Source: Sarea resinae (Eukaryota). From it: a stretch of DNA of 64,000 bases. The DNA is taken from assembly GCA_026026165.1 (NCBI GenBank), contig JAPEUD010000043.1:124001-188000 (forward strand). The letters are read 5' to 3'. The translations under genes were made by a program, and so were the position numbers. Positions 22,594-35,165 of the stretch are shown piece after piece (the stretch's first letter is position 1; the number at the start of each line of letters is the position of its first letter). Below the pieces are notes generated by a model, which saw nothing but the letters and a program-made list of their open reading frames with translations, did no database searches and was not told the DNA's origin.

Positions 22594-25500
22594 GTTGACG
22601 GTATATACAGCAAAGGCTCTGAAGAGAGAGTGTGGTTGAAAGACGAGAAGCAAAAAGAATGAATGACTTCAAGTCTTCAGGAAAACAAGGAATGACGACA
22701 ACAGAGTGAACGAAGGCTGCTTGCTGCTTGCTGGTGAGTATCCTCCCATCTTTGCAACGGAATGTCAGCATTTTATAGAAGATGGGGTTTGCAGTTCTAG
22801 AACGTCAGTCCTAGGGAGTCCAACGCCTCCTATCGTAGCGGAAAGCCCACGGTGAGGGGGAGAGGGGGAGATAGAACTGGAATGTAACTTGATAGGGTAC
22901 CATGCAAAGATGCTACCGCGCGAAGCCAGAGCTCCATCCATCATCGTAAAGGGAAGAGGGGCGCGCGCCCCGCGCATAGGGCATCAAGATGTGGAGCGAA
23001 AAGAAAACATAGCATGGCTACTGTATCGCGGATAAAGTACGAGTCCAACAAGTCCTCGAGGGTCCGACGGGCTTCATGAACAGCAGCCGTCTTGGGCCTA
23101 GGTGGTCAATGGAAGAGTGAGAAGACACGAAATGGCGAGGAGGAATTGGACGAGTGCACAGTACGCTAGTCCAGCGGACTCACGCGTAGAGTGGTGGTCT
23201 CTTCCATTGCGACCTGAGAAGCAAGAGAGGACGAACAGAGGTTTGGTTCGTTCAGCGACTCAGAGGGCGAGGCCAGGTCATGCGAATTGACGCTATGGCT
23301 TTAGGGACGCCACAGTGACCTCGGGACCCCTTTTGGTGGCCCCCAGCCCCTTCTGGACCTGACAGGCAAGACCCTAGGGATCATCAAACAGGACCTGAAG
23401 TAGTAGTGGTAGTAGTAGTAGTAGTCTTCTTTCAGGAAGAGTCGTGCTTCATGAAGATGAGATGAAATACGCCATGTCACCTTCGCGAAGGAACTCTATG
23501 GCTTCTGTAACTCTGCCGTCAATGCTTTGAGTGCACGTTCCCAGATATCTGTCCAGCCGACTCTGCATCCTCTGTCAGAGAGAGAAGCTCGCTGATACAG
23601 TAGGGTAGTGGCGCTGCGGGGGGCGGTATTGGTAGCCGAGCTGTCACCGATACGCCTCCTCTTGTCACGGCACGGACAAGGGAGGCAGGGAGGCGAACGG
23701 TAGAATGCCTTTCGAGGTGACATCGCGACCTCCAACGGCATGATCCCCTTCTCGCATGCAAAGGCAACTCCGAGTCGTAGAGAATCTTACCCCGGTTGGT
23801 CCGTCCGTTGCGAAGCTAAGGCCCTCGGAATCAGTAGACCACGACATCGATCATCGGCATTGGAGCTTTCGCTTCTAGCGAATTGTTGTTATGTAGAAGT
23901 GTCGCCATTCTTCAGGCACTCAAGAGGGATCCACTATCACTCAGGATCAGCCTTATCACACCGAGATATGGCTCCGGCATTGTGATTGGCGAGCTGCGAT
24001 CACCTGAAGGCTGAAGCGCTCGCCCCAACAACGACCAAGTATCTCCGACGATCCACAACCGCTCGAGGGCGCCGTCTCGATCGTCAACTCAGAGCAGCTT
24101 TACGCCGACCAGAAAACCCGTACCCAGGAGCGTGTAGCTGGGATACCTCGAGATTGGACGAACAATGAACGATAGGACACTCCGATGGCTAGGGTTTCCT
24201 CGTAGTGTGCGGCCGTAGAGCCTTAGAGAGAGCTGAAACGCGGTTCCGCCCTCAACCTTAATCCAAGCACAGGTGGTGCCGCTCAAGGATGTCCGAGGCT
24301 TGGTGTGTTCGATCAGCCTTCTAAATGGCGAGCGTCTCCTCCAGTCCATGCCATTAATTCGGCCGTCATATGCCACGATGGAAAGCCAACCTGGGTTGAA
24401 GTCGATTGACCCAATTCTACCTGAAACGCTTTCGCTTTCGCGCGAGTGGCGTGCCCGTGCCGTCGTCCGGGATGCCTTCCAGGTTGGCCATCCAAGCATC
24501 GAAGCTGTACCTGCGTCAGCCGTCTTTGCCCACGGACCGCTGCTTTCCTAATCCGGTCTATCTTCACTTCTGACCCGTTTCTTCTCCGTCACGAACAAGC
24601 TCAGACAAGGACCGGTAGGCGCATTGGCCCGCCACTTCTGACTTCACCCTTGACCTTGAACCCTGACCTTGTCCCTGGTCGTCGTGACCAGGGAAGACCG
24701 CAAGTGTCCTGCCTCTGTACCAGACAGTCTCCACAGAGGATCCCCTTCGCGATGTCACCCTTCAGTAATGATCAGCGAAGCCTATCCAGAGTTGCGTGCA
24801 GCAGCAGACCTGATAAGGCGGGTCAGCATCAGTTGCATCCAACAACATGGGATAGAACGTGAACTAATGTGAACATGCAGATAATAGCGATAGTATAGGG
24901 CAGGCATAACATATCTGGAGGGATCGAGGATCATGATCCTTTTTGTGGTCCTTACCTGATGACCCTGTGCAGTAGTAGACGTTGATGGCAATATGCATCC
25001 CACGACGGCATCACCACTCGCTCGGCACAAGCAGCCGATCGATGCTTTGCAGGCAGTGTACGTAAATCTGCCTGATGGTGAGCATCGCTGTTCGGGTCCA
25101 AGTCGATATCGACGCGCCGAATGAGTTCGACTACAGCGGACTTTTTTTGCAACGCCCCCGCCCCCACCGATGCTGCAGGAACAAAGACATGCTTGTTGCA
25201 AGAACTGCTTCTCCGATTGACTTTCTCTGCTGGCTCTATCGCAGATCTATCTCAAGGGAGATAGACGATCATCTTCTGAATTTCTCTTACAAACATGAAT
25301 GCTGTTGCGTTCGATTTGGTCTATCGCGTCATCTATGCATCTTCATTGCTGATTGTATGCTACTGCAACTCATCGGCCTCATCTCGAGTCTCTGGTAGCT
25401 TCTTCACGTACAGACCTTAGTCCCATGGGCCCCATCTTCTCGCAATTCGTGGCATGCTGTCTTGTTGGATAGTAGTGAGGCGACGAAGAATCCGCAAAGG

Positions 25501-26942
25501 AGCGCACGCAAACTGCGAAATCCAAGTATGAGCTGTTGAGATGGGTGGGCTATCTGCCACCTCAAGGCTTACTCGGAGTCAATTCCCTCCCCCTTTTTTT
25601 CGCCCCTCTACCGTCCCAACACAGGAGTGTAATCAAATCCGCCCAAGTTTCTGGCCCTCGGCAGCTTTCCATTGCGGGCTCTTGCCATCATTGTTTCCGC
25701 ACCCCGTCTTTCCCTTTTTCTGGACAAGCCCTTTTTCTAGACAGCCCCTTTCTCTTCCAAAGAGATGCCCCTTTTCTGCCACTCATCTCCAGAGAAGAGC
25801 AGGAAGACTGAAAACTCCTCATGGAAGTAGTTCTAGAGAGATCATATCAATCATATCAAATAGAAAATAGAAAATAGATTACTTTTTACGCTCCAGTTCC
25901 AAACATCATGCCTATAGAGAGTTAAAAGCTCAATCAATCCCACCACAAAGGCCCCGTAGGCCTTCCCCCAAAAAGGGAGCATGTCCACACTGCACGTAGT
26001 AAACACCACAGTGGGGAATCAGCTGGACATGGCACCTCAGCTAGAGAGTTAAAAAGATAAATTCCTTCGTTATAAATCACCTACACTGATTGGAAGAGAG
26101 AAACTATAGGAGTCCCATGATTTGATTTGCTCCAATATTCTTTCAATACTGAAGCCTCCAATCTCCTCACATTCAGATGGAGATTCAGTTCAGTTCAGAT
26201 TGATATCTAAATCACGCTGTTTGATGCAGGAATGCACACGGTACATCACCCATCCACACACCAGCGAAGGAGAAAGGGGGGGAGATATTCAAAGAAACAC
26301 CTAAAAGTTTAAACACACGACAGAGACAGAAGCCTAAGCCAGCAAGATAGAGAAAGAAAAGGGGGGACAGGTGCTCTGATGATAAGAAACAAGGCTGGAT
26401 ATTCCACGGGTCTATCTATGTACAGACCGCATTGTAGATTTCATGTCTGCTTCTGTGAACTACTTAATGTCCTGGGCGGTTCTTTTGATTTTGAATCATC
26501 TTCAAGCTGAAATCATTATCCGACTACTGGTGCGACCATTACTACAACTATCTACAGCCTGACCTACCTGTTGTCGAACTTCGGCCAGAAGGCCGATATG
26601 GGTTCTTGGGCCTCGGCACTTGACACCGTGGATTGTGGGTTGCTGAGATTACTGAGCGTTGGAGAGAAGGATGAATCATGTACGTCTACGTCCATGTTGG
26701 TGTGTATCCATCCCAGCATTCCGGGCGATGAAAGGGAAAAACAGGTTTGACTATTGTTTCGCATTTATTTATGCCACACACTGAATACACGGGTAAAGAC
26801 AGAAAGACACGTTATTGGTTTCAAGGCCATACCAATCAATTAAAACCTAGACCTCCCTATCGAAGCTGAAGATAAGCTAGAACGGAACGTTGGAGTAAGA
26901 AACGATAAGTATGGGGAGGCTACTCTCCCAAGGCCAGCAGGC

Positions 26943-28226
26943 CTACACGACCTCCTGCTCATGCTTTCGAGCCCCAGCTCCATTAGACTCGTAATCGCCA
27001 CTGGCGCTGTGACCCTGAAACATGCTCGTCGTCCCTTGCTCCATCATGCCAGGCTGCAGCATGCCTGCCTTAGAAAGATGCCTCTCCAGCCCCTCGGGCC
27101 CGGCTTCGTGTACAGCATGGCCTCTGCCGATCTTCGAAAGGCTGTCGCGCATCAGAAGCTCATAGTAGGCCGTGGCGAAGAACGTGGCCGGTACATTGAC
27201 CAGGATACCTATCCAGCTGTAGTGTTTGTATGAGAAGGCGTCGCCGCCGAAGAAGATCGCTGCTACTATTCTGGTTCCCAGATCCCTGGCCAGGTTGGTG
27301 GCAATAGTGTCGTAGCCGAAACCCCAGACCATGTTCCCGTATGCAAAGCCGATGACGAATGGAGCAGAGGCAGGGCTGACAAAAGGGTTTGCAGGGTCAA
27401 GAGCGGCCCATATCATGATTCCCTTTCACTTCCGGTCAGTACGAAGCACAGGTTAACAGGAATAGGGGTCGGAGAGAGCTCACAATGTAAGAGTCGGCAA
27501 AGAATTCTATCAAGAAGAGATATCCCAAGTTATCCTGCAGCGGACCGGGAAAGGTACAGAGGATGCCCGCAGGTGCAGCATTGCCTACCAGTGGCTTGCC
27601 GGCTGCTAGAGTCTCTGCCTTGAAGGCTGCAATTTGTTGATGATACTGGCCCATCAGGATCAAGCCAGCCATGAAAGCTCCGAAGATCTGAGAGAATATA
27701 TAATAAGGTACTTTCTTCCATGGAAAGCCTTGCCAGAATGCGAAGCACAGGGTCACGGCCGGATTGAAATGGCCACCAGATGTGGAGGCACAGGAAATGA
27801 TGGCGAAAGCAATTCCAATGGCGTAAGCAAATCCGATCTGCAGGAATGAGCTGTATGACGCGCTGCCGCCATTGAGTAGAAATGCTGCGGTGGAAGCGAT
27901 TCCCGGATACCTGGTTCAAAAGAAAGAAAATTAGAAAAGGATCACACCAGCAACGGGATCCAAAACATTAAAACTTTCTCGTGGAAATGGTGTGTGCAAC
28001 ACAGAGCTACTTACACGTAGAAGAACACACCAGTGGCTTCAGCCATGCATTCCCTCAGCCATCTTGGACGAGCATACTCGAAATCAAGCTTCTTCTGCGA
28101 GACAGGCCTGGGTTGTACCACATGTCTGGTAATATGTCTTTGGATTGCGTCGGTTGTACCGATCTCAAGCTCATGGGTCTGCAGGCGATGCAAATGGCCC
28201 ATCTGTTCATGGTCGACTCCAGCCAT
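26943..28226 (-). CDS. Aquaglyceroporin (MIP family)
   Basis: Three exons: 28015-28226, 27484-27910, 26943-27422. Motifs: ECMAEATGVFFYV, SGGHFNPAVT, TNLARDLGTR. Confidence 0.93.
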
Positions 28227-31200
28227 TGTCGATCTAACTGTTGCGATCCAAATTCAGAAAGCTCTGGTTTAGTATGCAAAGACGAGCATTGATATCCTTA
28301 ATAGCGGGCAGGATGAGTTTGGGATGAGCATCCAAAAGCCACGACAAGAGACGTGGATGCGAGGGAGACTACTTAAGAGCTCCGTCCTCCTTTCAGCTAC
28401 GCGGAGTTGAGATGCCCCTCATCCCGAGAGCAGCGGGACTGTATCACCCGCGGCTTCATCCTCAGGTGGCGCCTCAAGCAATGGCATATATTCCACTATT
28501 AGCAACCAGTCGCGGGCTTTGACAGCTTGAATTTCCGGCAAGAATGGTATCCAGGGAGGTACGGCCAGTCACCTTCTTGGTCGATGGGCTGTGCAACGTG
28601 GCGTGCCCGATGCCGAAGCTAGCCCAGGACAATGGCCATTCGGGCCACCAATTGCGCTGGACGGAGAAGAATGCTTGAACCATCTGTATAACGACACGGT
28701 GAGACCGTGAAAGTTAGCACACCCATTCCGCTCAGGGCAGGAAGCGGCTTGGTTGAGCTTGAGGGATCTAATGAGATGCGTGGAATTGCCGCGGCAACTC
28801 CTCGAACTGTCTTGCAAAGTGGCTTTGGCTGAAGCTTATTGTGAAAGAAAGACGTCTATTACTAAGAAATCAACGGAAGCAGATTCGTTGATGATAGGTG
28901 GGCCGTGGCCGAGGCCGCGATGGGTAATGCATGAACGGGGTGGCGTCCAGAAGGTAGGGTAGCGCCAAATGCAATGCGGGGAATGGAGATTCGAGGTGCG
29001 CAAAGGCCGTCGATGGATGTATGCTGCGCGCGAGGATACTCAAAGAATCAGCCGCTAGGCCTCGCATTCTGGGTAGGCTGTCGACACTACCCCGGATTTT
29101 CCAGATTCCCCCACAGCAATCAAAGACAGTAGTGTCAGAGCTAAAGCGTTAGTGTCGGGCTTTGCTTGGTACCGTGACTGCCAATCCATATCAAGCTTCT
29201 CGAGCTTTCTCGAGGTAGGAGGAAGGTTTGCGCTCTCCAGACATGGCATTTCACATTCTCCTGCTCCCAACTCCGCAAAGAAGCACGGACGACAATAGCT
29301 CGGCTCTTGCTATCGGGTAACCAGCCAACAATTGCCTCATGCAAGCAGCCATTAGTTCGCGGATGGAGTTCCCCCTGTCACCCTTCAGGTCCATTGGACA
29401 CAGAGGTGGTTGAGGCTGGAGACTCAGTAGGGTAGGGTACGTCAAGACTCCTCTTGATGATAGAGGATGGATGATGGATGATGGATGACGGATGATGGAT
29501 GATTGATGATGGACGACATGACGGATGCAACCCCACCTGGCTTGCCGAAGCAGCTGCAAGCCTGTCACCTCGGTCTTTCGAGGAAACAGGCGGTGCTTTG
29601 TAGGCAACCATCGATGGGAGAGACGAGAGAAATGAGAGAACAATAATTACCCGTCCTGGATTGAATATCGTATGGACAGTCTCCGTAGTGGGGCGTACGG
29701 GGTGCCAGTGACCGGGAATCCTGGGAGTCTTTGACAATTGGAAGGTGAGAATGTCTGACGTCACTCCTCTTTGTCTTCGCTTCCGCCCTCAATCGGGGCG
29801 CGCTTCAAATTACCTGAGCCACCATGACCATCGCTTTGTCTTGCCCCCTTGACTAGACCTGAGGTGACTCTCTCTCGACTTCCAATTCCACTCGGTTTTG
29901 TCGTCACGTCACTAATTCCGCGTTCCCAATTGTCGTGCATCCCTGCGCATCCATGGATGATACCGTTACGAAACAATTGAAGTCTTTCCCAGGCCGTACG
30001 TTGGTATCAATCTACCTTCTGATATACCAGAGGCAAACCCCGTATCTCAATGGGCATTAGAATTAGAAGTGGACCTCGACCAAGTAGACCGAGTTTCTGA
30101 CGTGAAGACTACGAGAGATCAATCAAAGGTAGGTAATCTAATTGGATCTGGTCGGTTTTAAAGCCTCGGATTTATCATGTTGTAATTTGCAACTCGCGAA
30201 TGTCTTTGTAGTCATTGTCAAATGGCGTCTGTCCTCGCTGAAAGCTGCTATTGGTATCGTTCAGGTACATTCCCGCCGGCAAGGGACATTGTATCTTGAT
30301 TTGAGTCGACCAAGGCTGAGCGGAAAGATTGCCGACCATCAAGAGCAAGATCTAGAGTTCGAGAAGCTGCATCCTTTTAAGACCTCGTTCTTGCGAAGGA
30401 AATATGACCTTGCGTTTATTTCATTTCTTTTCAAATGAGCAATATAATGGGCTTTGCTGCTTAACGAGGAGGCACACCGCTTAATACCGTTGTAAGCCTG
30501 TGGCATATCGCCGTCACGGACACCGGCAGCTTGCTCGAGCCACAACTAGGCAACTCTCTGCAAAGTTCATTGTGCTGAGGATGTGATTCGTGACAACGTC
30601 GACGAGGTCTACAGGTGCGAAAACCATGATTAGTGGCGTTACTCAGAGTGTGATTGGAGCTTTGCCGGCTTATCGAAGTTGTACAATCACAAGATCTAGA
30701 CAATTGAAGATCTTCCCGAGGAAACTTGGAGATGGGGATCGTATCTCGTATAGCCATGAAAGAGGCCACTGAGATGAGCCCAAATGGGGAGCCTTTCTGC
30801 CACATCTGAACGAACACACAGAGTTCAAACCCAAGGGGACATTCAAGGAATAATCGAGCCTAGAAAAATCGACAAAAATAAAAAGGATATATCACACGTA
30901 TCAAAAAATTGTGTCAGGAAAGTAAGATCCATGTGTGTGGTTCGCACACTTAGGTTGCTTCTGATCAGAAGGTTCCATATCCTCTCGGTGTCATGCATTC
31001 ATATACCTCGGGCTGGCTCTGGCTCGATTCCCCTGCCAGCTTCTCTGGTCATACAGGAGTGATCCTCTTGAATTGACTTTTTCTCTCAAGGTTCACCATT
31101 CAAACGGCTCGCGCACTCCGTCTTAGGTTGTCATTTACTAAATGTGGCAAATCATGCATCCACCATTTCCACACCCTGCTAAATCGCGATGATGTGCTAG

Positions 31201-32828
31201 ATTGCTTCGGTCCCTGTCCTCTTCATGTTTGTCTGCGGCTCCAGCCATAACTGCAATCCCAATATTTTGATTGCTCATCAGTGACAGTACGATACCGAGT
31301 GTCTTGCCTTCGTCGGTAAGGAGCACGGCCTGGGGTATGGCTTTCAGCAATCCGCGTATGTTTGGGAGCCAAAAGAGAAGACCTGTGAGTTGTCGTAGAG
31401 ATGAGTCGAAGACTAGAAAAAGATGTATGGGCACGGAGACAATAGACAAGGATTCAGGTCTAAAAATGGAAGGATCCAAACGATTGCATCATGAGCTCTC
31501 CCTAAGTTCGATGCGAGTTCGATACTCGAGAATTGAACGAGCGTATCGATAAGACTTGAAAAACACTTAAACCTCGCCTCTTGCGATTGGTTCTAGTTTT
31601 CTTGCAGATGTCGGCTTCTAAACATTCCGAGAACATTCTCGATAGAAAAATCAATGGACCGAATCGATCAAATATTTTCCTGAAAAGCAATTGATGGCAA
31701 GTCATTCGATCTTGACTAGACCTCCCTTGCTGGGTATAGCTTCTCCCGTGTAAGCCACTTCTGGTATTTTTATACAGCAAAGTCAGAGCAAATAGCATAC
31801 GACCATCCCTTGATAAAGAAGAAATATATGTCAGTCTGCAATATCGGTGGACTGAAGAACTTGTCTACGATAGAAGACAAAAGAATTCGAAGATTCGTCG
31901 GAAATCTGCTAGAGGATGTACAGTTTACTATAGAAGCCTATTTTGCTCTCCAATCCGCCAATGGCGCAAATCTACCGTAGCCATCGATCAACAATCCGCT
32001 AATCAAATGCCGACCTCAACCTCCTGCGTTTTCAATCTTCATCAACGTCTCGAAGCCAACAAGTGTTTGCTGTGGAAATAAGTTGTTTTTACTGTGAATG
32101 TAAGTCGATAATTGTTTGCAATGGGATGCTGAGATTTGCAGGCTGGAATGGTATGCTGATACTCCATGGACAGTGTCTCGGACTCGGGAGTCAAGACGGC
32201 GAACATTCATCGTCCCAGCCCACCACGTTGCAGAATGAGTGCACGAGCTGTGATGAACCTCCGGCCCTAGACTATCTCATATCTTTTCGCACTTTTTCAT
32301 CTATGCGTGTACTGCATATCAAGTCTGTTTTGTTCATCATGTGTGGTATTCTCGGTTGGTAGGGCTGGTGGGGTTGTCAGCCACGCGTGGAATGTTGCCC
32401 ATGCGCATGCCTCATGCCGTTGCCACATTTTCTTATCGAGTGCTGACTTCTACCTGGAATTGATTGCCTCTCTATTTTTTGTTGGCTTGTGCTTGCGCTC
32501 CTGAGGTCATCTTTCTAGAATTCGATATCAGCCATGTGCATACCGAGGCTGGCGGTCTGCATACGCATCAGCGCTGCACGAAAATATCAGCCATCATTGT
32601 CGAGCGCATTCTCTGCGCTCTCTGAGTCTCAGCTCGCTCCGTGGCGGCTGGATAATATTCGCCTTAGTTTGAAAGTGGCTTTATATATTGCTAAGGGCCT
32701 TTGAGGTCGGTTTTTTCAAAGATAGCCTCTTGGTCAACGGTTTTTTACTGCTAATGATCTTAATCTTATGAATTTACGAACTATACTCTAATATAACGAC
32801 ATTAATGACGGCTATGATGAAACAGAAC

Positions 32829-35165
32829 ATGATCTCACGAAACTTGCTTTGCGCCTTTTTCTTCGCATCTTTCGCATCCTCTCATATGGAAATGAGCTAT
32901 CCATACCCCATTCGCAGCAAGTTTGATCCTGAGAATAGTCACATTAACATCGACCACAATATGGTGTCTCCTCTTAAAGCGGACGGTTCCGACTTTCCCT
33001 GCAAAGGCCATCACAAACATGTCTCAAAGCATACGACAGCGACCTATCAAGCTGGATCATCGTACAACATGACCGTCGCCGGAGACGCTATATACGACGT
33101 TCGATCCTGCCAGCTCTCATTATCCTACGACCACGGCGCAACTTGGAATGTCATCCAGTCTTATATCGGCGACTGTCCCAGTCCCTCAAAGTACGACTTC
33201 GCAATTCCGTCTTTCGCGCCTAGTGGGACCGCATTGCTGGCGTGGTCGCGGGTCAGCTTGGCCGCTAGTGATGGGAATTTCTACATGAATTGCGCCCAGG
33301 TCGACATCGTCGCGTCGCCTCCACCAGGTCGGTATCGGAGGAGGGCTGCCGTCGGATCGTCGGCGAATTCTATGGCTGAGCTGCCGAACATGTTCACGGC
33401 GAATCTTGAGAAGAAGAGCACGTGTAGAATGCTCGAGAGAAAGGGCTCAGACGTTGTGAATCCTTCTGCGGCAGCGCCTGTGGACTATGGTTCCGAAAAG
33501 ATGTCGAGTATGCCTGTTGGCATGGAGCTCTGCGTCGGCGACGTGATGGAAGACCCAGCAAGTCTATCGCCGGGGACGGCGACAGCTAGCAGTAGCTTCT
33601 CAACGGCTATAGCTAACACAACAGCAACCTCTTCATCCTCTCCATCTAATCTTCCTATCATCACATCTGGCGCAGTATCTGTAGCCGCTTCCTCCAGCCC
33701 AGGCACCTGGACAAACACAACTACGACCACAGCGACATCGACACTCTACGACGACCCGAACGACGGCGGCGGTGCAGACAATTACGAGAACCTGACCATG
33801 ACATCCACAACCACGGTCGTCGAAACAGTGTACGGGCCCAGTCCAACAGCACCTGCAATCTCCCCCACCACTACCGATCTCATGGATCCCGACTGCGAAT
33901 GCGATCCCCACGCTGACCCTGTAACCATACCGGTCTATACCACCTTCCTCGAGAATCCCGCACAGGCGGCAGACGGAGCCGCTCCCACGCAAACCGTGAC
34001 CATCTCTCTCTTGCTCTCTGATCCGAACCAATCGGCCGAGCTCGAATGGCTTTCGGAAATTGGCATGGCACAGCCGTCATTCTACACCACGAGGTACGAA
34101 ACAGAGACCGAAAACCCCGAGTCCGCTGTTCCCTCATACTCTACCTCGACTTCCTCTTCCGTAGCCTCTGCCACGCCATCGATCGAACACCCCCAAAGGC
34201 TCTACGCGCTGCATTTCGGTGCGTCATCTCCATTGGCTTCCTCGAAGACACCCGCAACAAGCTCTTCATCCTCGCATCTCCGAACAGTATCCGAGACGCG
34301 CACGGTAGTCCACACGGTCACAGAGACGCGAATCAGTACGAGGACGCGATTGTCGAGCTCAGAGACGAAGGTGCCCACAGCCACATCCGTGTCCCACACG
34401 ACCGTCCCGTGGACAGTGCTCGTCCAACCGCTGCCTTCTCTGCCGACATCGTCTCGAAGCCCCACTTCCATCGAAAGAAGCAGCACCAGCTCCCTAGCCT
34501 CGGGGCGATTACCAGCAACGACATCGACGCACCCGCATCCGATGACCACGTCGCGCGGGGTTTCATGGTCGAACTCTTCCTCTTTGTCTTCAATTCATAT
34601 AGCCTTGACAACGGCCTCGCGGTCGGACTCACACCTGAATACGACTAGGAATAGCACGGCAGCATCCACGGCTCATTCGTTCTCAATTCAGCGATCCATA
34701 TCGCCGCCACCGCAGTCAGCGATATCGTCACTGTCGTCACCGTCAAGCAAACCATCCACATCCACACTCACGTCCACATCGACGCCGCCGACCCTGGACC
34801 GCCAAGACGACACTCTTACTACAGCCGACACGGACACCGATACCATCACCGAGACCACGGACACGGACACAATCTCTGATACAGACACCAGTAAAGCCGC
34901 CTCCATCACCACCTCCGATCAACAAGAGACATGCACAGTTGAAGGCGCGCTCCGATGGCGAGCCGACACGGCATCCGTCTCCAGCTCCATTTCGACTCCA
35001 GCGTTTAACGCTTCCTCCAACAACGCTTCCGCCGGCGCATCCACCGCGATAACGCCCAGCCCCAACATCGACACAGACGCCGACACAGCGACAGACACAG
35101 ACACACAAAGCATCACCAACAGAGAATGGCAGCAGTGCTTGCACGGGATCTGGACAGCAATTTGA
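32829..35165 (+). CDS. Secreted AA11-LPMO-like protein (degenerate active site) with long Ser/Thr-rich tail
   Basis: Signal peptide followed by mature N-terminal HMEMSYPYPIRS; SPL..DGSDFPCKG, SCQLSLSYD, FYMNCAQV. More than 500 aa of S/T/P-rich low complexity follows. In-frame ATGs from 32805 are alternative starts. Confidence 0.78.
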   Translation: MISRNLLCAFFFASFASSHMEMSYPYPIRSKFDPENSHINIDHNMVSPLKADGSDFPCKGHHKHVSKHTTATYQAGSSYNMTVAGDAIYDVRSCQLSLSYDHGATWNVIQSYIGDCPSPSKYDFAIPSFAPSGTALLAWSRVSLAASDGNFYMNCAQVDIVASPPPGRYRRRAAVGSSANSMAELPNMFTANLEKKSTCRMLERKGSDVVNPSAAAPVDYGSEKMSSMPVGMELCVGDVMEDPASLSPGTATASSSFSTAIANTTATSSSSPSNLPIITSGAVSVAASSSPGTWTNTTTTTATSTLYDDPNDGGGADNYENLTMTSTTTVVETVYGPSPTAPAISPTTTDLMDPDCECDPHADPVTIPVYTTFLENPAQAADGAAPTQTVTISLLLSDPNQSAELEWLSEIGMAQPSFYTTRYETETENPESAVPSYSTSTSSSVASATPSIEHPQRLYALHFGASSPLASSKTPATSSSSSHLRTVSETRTVVHTVTETRISTRTRLSSSETKVPTATSVSHTTVPWTVLVQPLPSLPTSSRSPTSIERSSTSSLASGRLPATTSTHPHPMTTSRGVSWSNSSSLSSIHIALTTASRSDSHLNTTRNSTAASTAHSFSIQRSISPPPQSAISSLSSPSSKPSTSTLTSTSTPPTLDRQDDTLTTADTDTDTITETTDTDTISDTDTSKAASITTSDQQETCTVEGALRWRADTASVSSSISTPAFNASSNNASAGASTAITPSPNIDTDADTATDTDTQSITNREWQQCLHGIWTAI

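Noticed and set aside
23100..25400. Scattered 60-140 aa ORFs between the lysozyme-like and aquaporin genes
   Set aside because: No consistent strand, splice model or motif.
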